Shown here piece by piece: positions 41,105 through 55,700 of a stretch of DNA of 64,000 nucleotides (position 1 is its first letter; the number at the start of each line of letters is the position of its first letter). The notes under the pieces are model-generated. The model was given only the letters and a program-made list of their open reading frames with translations, was not told the DNA's origin and made no database searches. The stretch lies in assembly GCA_964016885.1 (NCBI GenBank), contig OZ024748.1, positions 36,146,001 to 36,210,000 on the forward strand, written 5' to 3'. The stretch is from Eledone cirrhosa. Lineage: Eukaryota. The translations under genes and the position numbers were made by a program.

Positions 41105-41639
41105 CATTAGAAGTTGTTTTGGTAAAAACAGGAGTAAACAAGAGAAACCTCTCTACGTTCGTAGTGTGTAGTTACGATGGAGATTCGGTATAAGAATAAC
41201 ATTAAGAAAAATGGTGATGTTACATAAATCGTTTATATATATATATATATATATATATACTTCAAGGCGCTTTATCAGGTGTGTGTATATAACCTAATCA
41301 GAAATTGTTTATTAGTAAAATGGGAAATTATTAATCAGACTAAACGTTTACTTTCATCAAGAAAGACAAGTGTTGTATATACAAAAGGCTGAGTCTCGAA
41401 TTCTTGTAAATATCAAATATTTCATATTCTAAGAGACAGATATTGTATTTTGCAAATGCAAAGGACGAACGAAGGATTTTCGCTGACAGAATTCTCTAAA
41501 ATCGTTATTGGTTTCATAGCAACAACTGTGTATTTCCAGTGTAACCAGCTTTCTATTTAATTAAATGGATGTATCTTTGTGTACTGTAGGTGTGGGTATG
41601 TATGTGTGTATGTATGTATATATTATATATGTATGTTTG

Positions 41640-41681
<42 letters not shown>

Positions 41682-41719
41682 GTGAGTATATATATATATA
41701 TACATATGTGAGTGTATAA

Positions 41720-41757
<38 letters not shown>

Positions 41758-41767
41758 GTGAGTATAT

Positions 41768-41873
<106 letters not shown>

Positions 41874-41902
41874 ATATTTACATACATATATACATATGTG
41901 TG

Positions 41903-41942
<40 letters not shown>

Positions 41943-41947
41943 CACAC

Positions 41948-41991
<44 letters not shown>

Positions 41992-42514
41992 CACAAACTA
42001 ACCCTCATTTAAATTGTAATTTGAACATTTTTATTTTGTTTATTCTTATTTGCAACTCTGTCTTTGTTTTCTCTGTGGAAGAAACCTGACTTACCTCCTC
42101 TTTGATATGAAGCCACGTGCCACTGAAAGTCTAGGTGTATTGCCACACAAGCTGATGTCAGATAGTGTGGTGTACTAACTAGCTTAACGGACCTTTCCAT
42201 TCTAGGGAGGCAAACTCTCGCTGAAGCCACGATTCCAGCCAACTTTACTTAATGTATACTAGCATTACTTCATTTCTGCGCATAGTGGTTTCAATCGGAC
42301 TATTGCTAGCAGATCGGAATCGTAGAAACTTTTAATCGGTCCGGTATCAGGAAACTCATATTTGCTACCGACACGAAGTTGTTTTTCTCAGTGATTAACG
42401 TATAAGTGTACGTTCTAGTTTGTTAGGTTTATATTTTAATAATACAGATTTAATTAAATTATTGAGTTTGTGACAAAACGATCGAGGGTGTATCAATTGT
42501 ATTCGATACACTTC

Positions 42515-42549
<35 letters not shown>

Positions 42550-42748
42550 GTAGGTCCCGGGTTGAGTCGGGGATAACCACAGTAAGTAAGGTACTCAATA
42601 CATGGCAGAGTAAAATTTTTTTATTTTATAGAAGGAGCTTCTGAAAGTCTAGGTGTATTGTCAGACTAGTACTGTTTCATTCAGATGAAATCTTCCTGAA
42701 GATTTCATCTGAATGAAACAGTACTAGTCCTGTAGAAGCTCCTTCTAT

Positions 42749-42752
<4 letters not shown>
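42550..42752. mobile_element. Fold-back element of the 30.9-kb HHR family (related copy at 40865-41003)
   Basis: Palindrome centred near 42696; HHR CTTC-CTGAAGA-TTTCATCTGAAT-GAAACAG-TACTAGTC-CTGT-A-GAAG at 42692-42738. Confidence 0.8.
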
Positions 42753-42833
<81 letters not shown>

Positions 42834-42931
42834 CAGATTAAAGTTTAAGCCAAGAATCGGTACTTTCACCCTTAACGGGATCTTCTGAAACTATATAACA
42901 TCTCTCTCTATATATATATATATATTTTTTA

Positions 42932-43112
42932 TTTCACCGTATTTTTGACTAAAAAAATGTTAGCCTGATAATGGGGTTTAGAACCCTCAGATAAATGGAA
43001 AAAGATGAGTATTGACGTACATGGGACGTCAATACTCATCTTTTCCCATTTATCTGAGGGTTCTAAACCCCATTATCAGGCTAAAATTCCTTTAGTCATA
43101 AATACGGTGAAA
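42932..43112. repeat. ~180-bp near-perfect palindrome in (TA)n
   Basis: TTTCACCGTATTT...GACGT-ACATGGG-ACGTC...AAATACGGTGAAA. Confidence 0.9.
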
Positions 43113-43162
43113 GCTATTATATTTTTCTAATTTCAAACCTGTTCACTGTTTCAAAACATACT

Positions 43163-43193
<31 letters not shown>

Positions 43194-43213
43194 CATTCAT
43201 AATGTATATATAT

Positions 43214-43341
<128 letters not shown>

Positions 43342-43436
43342 GACGAATAGAGATAAATAGAAAGAGATAAGTAGATATGAGAATGCAAAAGACAGCAACT
43401 ATTGGTCTGTTGAGGCAGCTAAGGAATTTGTATAAT

Positions 43437-43437
<1 letters not shown>

Positions 43438-43514
<77 letters not shown>

Positions 43515-43545
43515 TATCATCATCATCATCATTATCATACTTCTC

Positions 43546-43601
<56 letters not shown>

Positions 43602-43612
43602 TATTATTATGA
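43438..43612. repeat. (CAT)n/(CAG)n microsatellite
   Basis: Direct. Confidence 0.95.
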
Positions 43613-44044
43613 TCACACTCCTAATTATGATCCATATCCCTCTCCCACACTTGCGCCATCTGTCGGTCTCTTCCTCTTCCCCACACTTGCGCCGTCTATT
43701 GGTCTCCTCCTCAGATATATTCTAATGATAAACAAACAGTGAAATACCAGTGGACAATGACATAAGTGTGTAGAAGTTAAATTACTTGACATTTAATATG
43801 TCAAATGTCAAAGTACAAATATCAGACACACCGCCGCCGTCAATTTAATTACTTATTACTTTTGACGGTGGTGTCGGTGGTAATGTTGCTGTTGTTATTT
43901 ACCCAGAACCACTCATTCAAATCGTATCACCTGTTTGAGAGAAACCTAGCTGAAATTGTCTCTGGTTCTACCATACAAAACTATCCATTTTAAAGTGTTC
44001 ATACTTATATTAATACATTCCATTATAATTTCATTTAATTAACG

Positions 44045-44245
44045 ACTGTGACTTAGCATTAATTGGTAGAGCGTGGGACATGACGCTTTGTGGCATATAG
44101 TTATGGCTCTTTATGTTCTGAGATCAAATTCCGGCGAGGTTAGCTTTGCTTTTCGTCCTTATGGGGTCTATAAAATAAAGTACCAGTAACACACTGGAGT
44201 CAATGCAATTGACTTTCCCTTCCCCAGAATTTTTGGTATTGTGCA
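44045..44245 (+). mobile_element. Older tRNA-SINE copy
   Basis: Diverged head and core TAAAATAAAGTACCAG. Confidence 0.7.
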
Positions 44246-44659
44246 TTTAATTAACGGCTGTGGACTGGCAGTAATCGGTAGAGTGTCAGACATCATTAAA
44301 CTTTTGAACATCACCTTCGGTCAGCATTGACCGTTGGTCTGTATCTAGAAAGTTCCTCTCCGAGGTGGAGAATTCTGTAAATCCTCCGTCCCTGGTTGCT
44401 ATTTTATGTTTTTGATCCTGCAGTTGTGATTATCGACGAGGTGAAACTTGTATTGCAAGTAACATCTATCACAGGTAGCTATCACATATTAATATAACAT
44501 CAATTATTGAACTCAACTAGAAATACAGACAACTATATTACATAATGTTTACATCATGTAAAGTATTGAGAAATATGTTTTACAACATACATGAAGACAG
44601 ACAGACAGACAGACACACGCACACACAGACATATGTATGTGTGTATGTGTGTGTGTGTA

Positions 44660-46440
44660 CATACTTACATGCATACACAGACAGACACACACTCATACAT
44701 ATGTATATGTGTGTGTGTACATCATGCATACACAGACAGACACACACTCATATATATGTATATGTGTGTGTACATCATACATACACAGACAGACACACAC
44801 TCATACATATGTATATGTGTGTGTGTGTACATCATGCATACACAGACAGACACACACTCATACATATGTATATGTGTGTGTGTACATCATGCATACACAG
44901 ACAGACACACACTCATATATATGTATATGTGTGTGTGTGTACAACATACATACACAGACAGACACACACTCATATATATGTATATGTGTGTGTACATCAT
45001 GCATACACAGACAGACACACACTCATACATATGTATATGTGCGTGTGTGTACATCATGCATACACAGACAGACACACACTCATACATATGTATATGTGTG
45101 TGTGTACATCATGCATACACAGACAGACACACACTCATATATATGTATATGTGTGTGTGTGTACAACATACATACACAGACAGACACACACTCATATATA
45201 TGTATATGTGTGTGTACATCATGCATACACAGACAGACACACACTCATACATATGTATATGTGCGTGTGTGTACATTATGCATACACAGACAGACACACA
45301 CTCATACATATGTATATGTGCGTGTGTGTACATTATGCATACACAGACAGACACACACTCATACATATGTATGTGTGTGTGTGTACATCATGCATACACA
45401 GACAGACACACACTCATATATATGTATATGTGTGTGTGTGTACAACATACATACACAGACAGACACACACTCATACATATGTATATATGTGTGTGTGTAC
45501 AACATGCATACACAGACAGACACACACTCATACATATGTATGTGTGTGTGTGTACATCATGCATACACAGACAGACACACACTCATATATATGTATATGT
45601 GTGTGTGTGTACAACATACATACACAGACAGACACACACTCATATATATGTATATGTGTGTGTACATCATGCATACACAGACAGACACACACTCATACAT
45701 ATGTATATGTGCGTGTGTGTACATCATGCATACACAGACAGACACACACTCATACATATGTATATGTGTGTGTGTGTACAACATGCATACACAGACAGAC
45801 ACACACTCATACATATGTATATGTGTGTGTGTGTACAACATGCATACACAGACAGACACACACTCATATATATGTATATGTGTGTGTACATCATGCATAC
45901 ACAGACAGACACACACTCATACATATGTATATGTGTGTGTACATCATGCATACACAGACAGACACACACTCATATATATGTATATGTGTGTGTGTACATC
46001 ATGCATACACAGACAGACACACACTCATACATATGTATATGTGTGTGTGTACATCATGCATACACAGACAGACACACACTCATACATATGTATATGTGTG
46101 TGTGTACATCATGCATACACAGACAGACACACACTCATATATATGTATATGTGTGTGTGTGTACAACATACATACACAGACAGACACACACTCATATATA
46201 TGTATATGTGTGTGTACATCATGCATACACAGACAGACACACACTCATACATATGTATATGTGCGTGTGTGTACATCATGCATACACAGACAGACACACA
46301 CTCATACATATGTATGTGTGTGTGTGTACATCATACATACACAGACAGACACACACTCATACATATGTATATATGTGTGTGTGTACATCATACATACACA
46401 GACAGACACACACTCATACATATGTATATATGTGTGTGTA
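44660..46440. repeat. 53-57-bp minisatellite, ~32 copies
   Basis: CATCATGCATACACAGACAGACACACACTCATACATATGTATATGTGTGTGTGTA. Confidence 0.95.
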
Positions 46441-46736
46441 TCCGTCTGTCTGTGTTGTTGGCCACTATCAACTTTTCCTGTGTTTATAATTTCACGAGAG
46501 TTACTCTCCAATTCTATCCTACTCTATTTCTCACATACAAGTATTTTCATTATTCCCATACAAAGACAATATGAAACTTGTTTTTAGCGAACTTTATCTC
46601 TACCCAAAAACCCTTACAATTACTACCATAATTCTCTCAGAAATATATATCTATAAGTATGTTTTTCAATAAATGGCCTCCGACATTGAAGGACTCTCAC
46701 CGGCATTTGTATTACCTCTTCTTCCAGCTACGCCCA

Positions 46737-49700
46737 AAAACACATTGACATTGGGTTTATTGTCTTGATAAAACACACTGACATTGGTTGTCTTCTCTTG
46801 ATAAAACCCACTGACATTGGTTGTCTTCTCTTGATAAAACCCACTGACATTGGTTGTCTTCTCTTGATAAAACACACTGACATTGGTTGTCTTCTCTTGA
46901 TAAAACACACTGACATTGGTTGTCTTCTCTTGATAAAACACACTGACATTGGTTGTCTTCTGTCTTGATAAGACACACTGACATTGGTTGTCTTCTCTTG
47001 ATAAAACACACTGACATTGGTTGTCTTCTGTCTTGATAAGACACATTGACGTAGGTTGTCTTCTCTTGATAAAACACACTGACATTGGTTGTCTTCTGTC
47101 TTGATAAAACACACAGACATTGGTTGTCTTCTGTCTTGATAAAACACACTGACATTGGTTGACTTCTGTCTTGATAAGACACATTGACGTAGGTTGTCTT
47201 CTCTTGATAAAACACACTGACATTGGTTGTCTTCTGTCTTGATAAAACATACAGACATTGGTTGTCTTCTGTCTTGATAAAACACACTGACATTGGTTGT
47301 CTTCTGTCTTGATAAGACACATTGACGTAGGTTGTCTTCTCTTGATAAAACACACTGACATTGGTTGTCTTCTGTCTTGATAAAACACACAGACATTGGT
47401 TGTCTTCTGTCTTGATAAAACACACTGACTTTGGTTGTCTTCTCTTGATGAAACACACTGACATTGGTTGTCTTCTCTTGATAAAACACACTGACATTGG
47501 TTGTCTTCTCTTGATTAAACACATTGACGTAGGTTGTCTTCTCTTGATAAAACACACTGACATTGGTTGTCTTCTCTTGATAAAACACACTGACATTGGT
47601 TGTCTTCTGTCTTGATAAAACACACTGACATTGGTTGTCTTCTGTCTTGATAAAACACACAGACATTGGTTGTGTTCTGTCTTGATAAAACACACTGACA
47701 TTGGTTGTCTTCTGTCTTGATAAAACACACTGACATTGGTTGTCTTCTCTTGATAAAACACACTGACATTGGTTGTCTTCTGTCTTGATAAAACACACAG
47801 ACATTGGTTGTCTTCTGTCTTGATAAAACACACTGACTTTGGTTGTCTTCTCTTGATGAAACACACTGACATTGGTTGTCTTCTCTTGATAAAACACACT
47901 GACATTGGTTGTCTTCTCTTGATTAAACACATTGACGTAGGTTGTCTTCTCTTGATAAAACACACTGACATTGGTTGTCTTCTCTTGATAAAACACACTG
48001 ACATTGGTTGTCTTCTGTCTTGATAAAACACACTGACATTGGTTGTCTTCTGTCTTGATAAAACACACAGACATTGGTTGTGTTCTGTCTTGATAAAACA
48101 CACTGACATTGGTTGTCTTCTGTCTTGATAAAACACACTGACATTGGTTGTCTTCTCTTGATAAAACACACTGACATTGGTTGTCTTCTGTCTTGATAAA
48201 ACACACTGACATTGGTTGTCTTCTCTTGATAAAACACACAGACATTGGTTGTCTTCTGTCTCGATAAAACACACTGACATTGGTTGTCTTCTGTCTCGAT
48301 AAAACACACTGACATTGGTTGTCTTCTGTCTTGATAAAACACACTGACATTGGTTGTCTTCTCTTGATGAAACACACTGACATTGGTTGTCTTCTCTTGA
48401 TAAAACACACAGACATTGGTTGTCTTCTCTTGATTAAACACATTGACGTAGGTTGTCTTCTGTCTTGATAAAACACACAGACATTGGTTGTCTTTCTTGA
48501 TAAAACACACTGACATTGGTTGTCTTCTGTCTTGATAAAACACACTGACATTGGTTGTCTTCTCTTGATTAAACACATTGACGTAGGTTGTCTTCTCTTG
48601 ATAAAACACACTGACATTGGTTGTCTTCTCTTGATAAAACACACAGACATTGGTTGTCTTCTGTCTTGATAAAACACACTGACATTGGTTGTCTTCTGTC
48701 TTGATAAAACACACTGACATTGGTTGTCTTCTCTTGATAAAACACACTGACATTGGTTGTCTTCTGTCTTGATAAAACACACAGACATTGGTTGTCTTCT
48801 GTCTTGATAAAACACACTGACATTGGTTGTCTTCTGTCTTGATAAGACACATTGACGTAGGTTGTCTTCTCTTGATAAAACACACTGACATTGGTTGTCT
48901 TCTGTCTTGATAAAACACACAAACATTGGTTGTCTTCTGTCTTGATAAAACACACTGACATTGGTTGTCTTCTCTTGATGAAACACACTGACATTGGTTG
49001 TCTTCTGTCTTGATAAGACACATTGACGTAGGTTGTCTTCTCTTGATAAAACACACTGACATTGGTTGTCTTCTGTCTTGATAAAACACACAAACATTGG
49101 TTGTCTTCTGTCTTGATAAAACACACTGACATTGGTTGTCTTCTCTTGATGAAACACACTGACATTGGTTGTCTTCTCTTGATAAAACACACTGACATTG
49201 GTTGTCTTCTCTTGATTAAACACATTGACGTAGGTTGTCTTCTCTTGATTAAACACACTGACATTGGTTGTCTTCTGTCTTGATAAAACACACTGACATT
49301 GGTTGTCTTCTGTCTTGATGAAACACACTGACATTGGTTGTCTTCTCTTGATAAAACACACTGACATTGGTTGTCTTCTGTCTTGATAAAACACACTGAC
49401 ATTGGTTGTCTTCTCTTGATTAAACACATTGACGTAGGTTGTCTTCTCTTGATAAAACACACTGACATTGGTTGTCTTCTCTTGATAAAACACACTGACA
49501 TTGGTTGTCTTCTGTCTTGATAAAACACACTGACATTGGTTGTCTTCTGTCTTGATAAAACACACAGACATTGGTTGTCTTCTGTCTTGATAAAACACAC
49601 TGACATTGGTTGTCTTCTGTCTTGATAAAACACACTGACATTGGTTGTCTTCTCTTGATAAAACACACTGACATTGGTTGTCTTCTGTCTTGATAAAACA

Positions 49701-52700
49701 CACTGACATTGGTTGTCTTCTCTTGATAAAACACACAGACATTGGTTGTCTTCTGTCTCGATAAAACACACTGACATTGGTTGTCTTCTGTCTTGATAAA
49801 ACACACTGACATTGGTTGTCTTCTCTTGATGAAACACACTGACATTGGTTGTCTTCTCTTGATAAAACACACAGACATTGGTTGTCTTCTCTTGATTAAA
49901 CACATTGACGTAGGTTGTCTTCTGTCTTGATAAAACACACAGACATTGGTTGTCTTCTCTTGATAAAACACACTGACATTGGTTGTCTTCTGTCTTGATA
50001 AGACACACTGACATTGGTTGTCTTCTCTTGATAAAACACACTGACATTGGTTGTCTTCTGTCTTGATAAGACACATTGACGTAGGTTGTCTTCTCTTGAT
50101 AAAACACACTGACATTGGTTGTCTTCTGTCTTGATAAAACACACAGACATTGGTTGTCTTCTGTCTTGATAAAACACACTGACATTGGTTGACTTCTGTC
50201 TTGATAAGACACATTGACGTAGGTTGTCTTCTCTTGATAAAACACACTGACATTGGTTGTCTTCTGTCTTGATAAAACACACAGACATTGGTTGTCTTCT
50301 GTCTTGATAAAACACACTGACATTGGTTGTCTTCTGTCTTGATAAAACACACTGACATTGGTTGTCTTCTCTTGATTAAACACATTGACGTAGGTTGCCT
50401 TCTCTTGATAAAACACACTGACATTGGTTGTCTTCTCTTGATAAAACACACTGACATTGGTTGTCTTCTGTCTTGATAAAACACACTGACATTGGTTGTC
50501 TTCTGTCTTGATAAAACACACAGACATTGGTTGTCTTCTGTCTTGATAAAAGACACTGACATTGGTTGTCTTCTGTCTTGATAAAACACACTGACATTGG
50601 TTGTCTTCTGTCTTGATAAAACACACTGACATTGGTTGTCTTCTCTTGATTAAACACATTGACGTAGGTTGTCTTCTCTTGATAAAACACACTGACATTG
50701 GTTGTCTTCTCTTGATAAAACACACTGACATTGGTTGTCTTCTGTCTTGATAAAACACTGACATTGGTTGTCTTCTGTCTTGATAAAACACACAGACATT
50801 GGTTGTCTTCTGTCTTGATAAAACACACTGACATTGGTTGTCTTCTGTCTTGATAAAACACACAGACATTGGTTGTCTTCTGTCTTGATAAAACACACTG
50901 ACATTGGTTGTCTTCTGTCTTGATAAAACACACTGACATTGGTTGTCTTCTATCTTGATAAAACACACTGACATTGGTTGTCTTCTGTCTTGATAAAACA
51001 CACTGACATTGGTTGTATTCTGTCTTGATAAAACACACTGACATTGGTTGTCTTCTGTCATGATAAAACACACAGACATTGGTTGTCTTCTGTCTTGATA
51101 AAACACACTGACATTGGTTGTCTTCTGTCTTGATAAAACACACTGACATTGGTTGTCTTCTGTCTTGATAAAACACACTGACATTGGTTGTCTTCTGTCT
51201 TGATAAAACACACAGACATTGGTTGTCTTCTGTCTTAATAAAACACACAGACATTGGTTGTCTTCTGTCTTGATAAAACACACTGACATTGGTTGTCTTA
51301 TGTCTTGATAAAACACACTGACATTGGTTGTCTTCTCTTGATAAAACACACTGACATTGGTTGTCTTCTGTCTTGATAAAACACACTGACATTGGTTGTC
51401 TTCTGTCTTGATAAAACACACTGACATTGGTTGTCTTCTGTCTTGATAAAACACACTGACATTGGTTGTCTTCTGTCTTGATAAAACACACTGACATTGG
51501 TTGTCTTCTGTCTTGATAAAACACACTGACATTGGTTGTCTTGTCTTGATAAAACACACTGACATTGGTTGTCTTCTGTCTTGATAAAACACTGACATTG
51601 GTTGTCTTCTGTCTTGATAAAACACACAGACATTGGTTGTCTTCTGTCTTGATAAAACACACTGACATTGGTTGTCTTCTGTCTTGATAAAACACACAGA
51701 CATTGGTTGTCTTCTGTCTTGATAAAACACACTGACATTGGTTGTCTTCTGTCTTGATAAAACACACTGACATTGGTTGTCTTCTATCTTGATAAAACAC
51801 ACTGACATTGGTTGTCTTCTGTCTTGATAAAACACACTGACATTGGTTGTATTCTGTCTTGATAAAACACACTGACATTGGTTGTCTTCTGTCTTGATAA
51901 AACACACAGACATTGGTTGTCTTCTGTCTTGATAAACCACACTGACATTGGTTGTCTTCTCTTGATAAAACACACTGACATTGGTTGTCTTCTGTCTTGA
52001 TAAAACACACTGACATTGGTTGTCTTCTGTATTGATAAAACACACTGACACTGGTTGTCTTCTGTCTTGATAAAACACACTGACATTGGTTGTCTTCTGT
52101 CTTGATAAAACACACTGACATTGGTTGTCTTCTGTCTTGATAAAACACACTGACATTGGCTGTCTTCTGTCTTGATAAAACACACTGACATTGGTTGTCT
52201 TCTGTCTTGATAAAACACACATACATTGGTTGTCTTCTGTCTTGATAAAACACACAGACATTGGTTGTCTTCTGTCTTGATAAAACACACTGACATTGGT
52301 TGTCTTCTGTCTTGATAAAACACACTGACATTGGTTGTCTTCTGTCTTGATAAAACACACAGACATTGGCTGTCTTCTGTCTTGATAAAACACACAGATA
52401 TTGGTTGTCTTCTGTCTTGATAAAACACACTGACATTGGTTGTCTTATGTCTTGATAAAACACACTAACATTGGTTGTCTTCTCTTGATAAAACACACAT
52501 ACATTGGTTGTCTTCTGTCTCGATAAAACACACAGACATTGGTTGTCTTCTGTCTTGATAAAACACACTGACATTGGTTGTCTTCTCTTGATAAAACACA
52601 CTGACATTGGTTGTCTTCTCTTGATAAAACACACTGACATTGGTTGTCTTCTCTTGATAAAACACACTGACATTGGTTGTCTTCTGTCTTGATAAGACAC

Positions 52701-55700
52701 ACTGACATTGGTTGTCTTCTCTTGATAAAACACACTGACATTGGTTGTCTTCTGTCTTGATAAGACACATTGACGTAGGTTGTCTTCTCTTGATAAAACA
52801 CACTGACATTGGTTGTCTTCTGTCTTGATAAAACACACAGACATTGGTTGTCTTCTGTCTTGATAAAACACACTGACATTGGTTGACTTCTGTCTTGATA
52901 AGACACATTGACGTAGGTTGTCTTCTCTTGATAAAACACACTGACATTGGTTGTCTTCTGTCTTGATAAAACACACAGACATTGGTTGTCTTCTGTCTTG
53001 ATAAAACACACTGACATTGGTTGTCTTCTGTCTTGATAAGACACATTGACGTAGGTTGTCTTCTCTTGATAAAACACACTGACATTGGTTGTCTTCTGTC
53101 TTGATAAAACACACAGACATTGGTTGTCTTCTGTCTTGATAAAACACACTGACTTTGGTTGTCTTCTCTTGATGAAACACACTGACATTGGTTGTCTTCT
53201 CTTGATAAAACACACTGACATTGGTTGTCTTCCCTTGATTAAACACATTGACGTAGGTTGTCTTCTCTTGATAAAACACACTGACATTGGTTGTCTTCTC
53301 TTGATAAAACACACTGACATTGGTTGTCTTCTGTCTTGATAAAACACACTGACATTGGTTGTCTTCTGTCTTGATAAAACACACAGACATTGGTTGTGTT
53401 CTGTCTTGATAAAACACACTGACATTGGTTGTCTTCTGTCTTGATAAAACACACTGACATTGGTTGTCTTCTCTTGATAAAACACACTGACATTGGTTGT
53501 CTTCTGTCTTGATAAAACACACTGACATTGGTTGTCTTCTCTTGATTAAACACATTGACGTAGGTTGTCTTCTCTTGATAAAACACACTGACATTGGTTG
53601 TCTTCTCTTGATAAAACACACTGACATTGGTTGTCTTCTGTCTTGATAAAACACACTGACATTGGTTGTCTTCTGTCTTGATAAAACACACAGACATTGG
53701 TTGTGTTCTGTCTTGATAAAACACACAGACATTGGTTGTCTTCTGTCTCGATAAAACACACTGACATTGGTTGTCTTCTGTCTCGATAAAACACACTGAC
53801 ATTGGTTGTCTTCTGTCTTGATAAAACACACTGACATTGGTTGTCTTCTCTTGATGAAACACACTGACATTGGTTGTCTTCTCTTGATAAAACACACAGA
53901 CATTGGTTGTCTTCTCTTGATTAAACACATTGACGTAGGTTGTCTTCTGTCTTGATAAAACACACAGACATTGGTTGTCTTCTCTTGATAAAACACACTG
54001 ACATTGGTTGTCTTCTGTCTTGATAAAACACACTGACATTGGTTGTCTTCTCTTGATTAAACACATTGACGTAGGTTGTCTTCTCTTGATAAAACACACT
54101 GACATTGGTTGTCTTCTCTTGATAAAACACACAGACATTGGTTGTCTTCTGTCTTGATAAAACACACTGACATTGGTTGACTTCTGTCTTGATAAGACAC
54201 ATTGACGTAGGTTGTCTTCTCTTGATAAAACACACTGACATTGGTTGTCTTCTGTCTTGATAAAACACACTGACATTGGTTGTCTTCTGTCTTGATAAAA
54301 CACACTGACATTGGTTGTCTTCTCTTGATTAAACACATTGACGTAGGTTGTCTTCTCTTGATAAAACACACTGACATTGGTTGTCTTCTCTTGATAAAAC
54401 ACACTGACATTGGTTGTCTTCTGTCTTGATAAAACACACTGACATTGGTTGTCTTCTGTCTTGATAAAACACACAGACATTGGTTGTCTTCTGTCTTGAT
54501 AAAACACACTGACATTGGTTGTCTTCTGTCTTGATAAAACACACTGACATTGGTTGTCTTCTGTCTTGATAAAACACACTGACATTGGTTGTCTTCTCTT
54601 GATTAAACACATTGACGTAGGTTGTCTTCTCTTGATAAAACACACTGACATTGGTTGTCTTCTCTTGATAAAACACACTGACATTGGTTGTCTTCTGTCT
54701 TGATAAAACACTGACATTGGTTGTCTTCTGTCTTGATAAAACACACAGACATTGGTTGTCTTCTGTCTTGATAAAACACACTGACATTGGTTGTCTTCTG
54801 TCTTGATAAAACACACAGACATTGGTTGTCTTCTGTCTTGATAAAACACACTGACATTGGTTGTCTTCTGTCTTGATAAAACACACTGACATTGGTTGTC
54901 TTCTATCTTGATAAAACACACTGACATTGGTTGTCTTCTGTCTTGATAAAACACACTGACATTGGTTGTATTCTGTCTTGATAAAACACACTGACATTGG
55001 TTGTCTTCTGTCATGATAAAACACACAGACATTGGTTGTCTTCTGTCTTGATAAAACATACTGACATTGGTTGTCTTCTGTCTTGATAAAACACACTGAC
55101 ATTGGTTGTCTTCTGTCTTGATAAAACACACTGACATTGGTTGTCTTCTGTCTTGATAAAACACACAGACATTGGTTGTCTTCTGTCTTAATAAAACACA
55201 CAGACATTGGTTGTCTTCTGTCTTGATAAAACACACTGACATTGGTTGTCTTATGTCTTGATAAAACACACTGACATTGGTTGTCTTCTCTTGATAAAAC
55301 ACACTGACATTGGTTGTCTTCTGTCTTGATAAAACACACTGACATTGGTTGTCTTCTGTCTTGATAAAACACACTGACATTGGTTGTCTTCTGTCTTGAT
55401 AAAACACACTGACATTGGTTGTCTTCTGTCTTGATAAAACACACTGACATTGGTTGTCTTGTCTTGATAAAACACACTGACATTGGTTGTCTTCTGTCTT
55501 GATAAAACACTGACATTGGTTGTCTTCTGTCTTGATAAAACACACAGACATTGGTTGTCTTCTGTCTTGATAAACACACTGACATTGGTTGTCTTCTGTC
55601 TTGATAAAACACACAGACATTGGTTGTCTTCTGTCTTGATAAAACACACTGACATTGGTTGTCTTCTGTCTTGATAAAACACACTGACATTGGTTGTCTT

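Noticed and set aside
43377-43742. Poly-His/poly-Gln ORF
   Set aside because: Trinucleotide microsatellite with no coding context or splice support.
44545-46587. Three overlapping 630-680 aa His/Cys/Tyr-rich ORFs
   Set aside because: Translations of the ~55-bp minisatellite in all frames.
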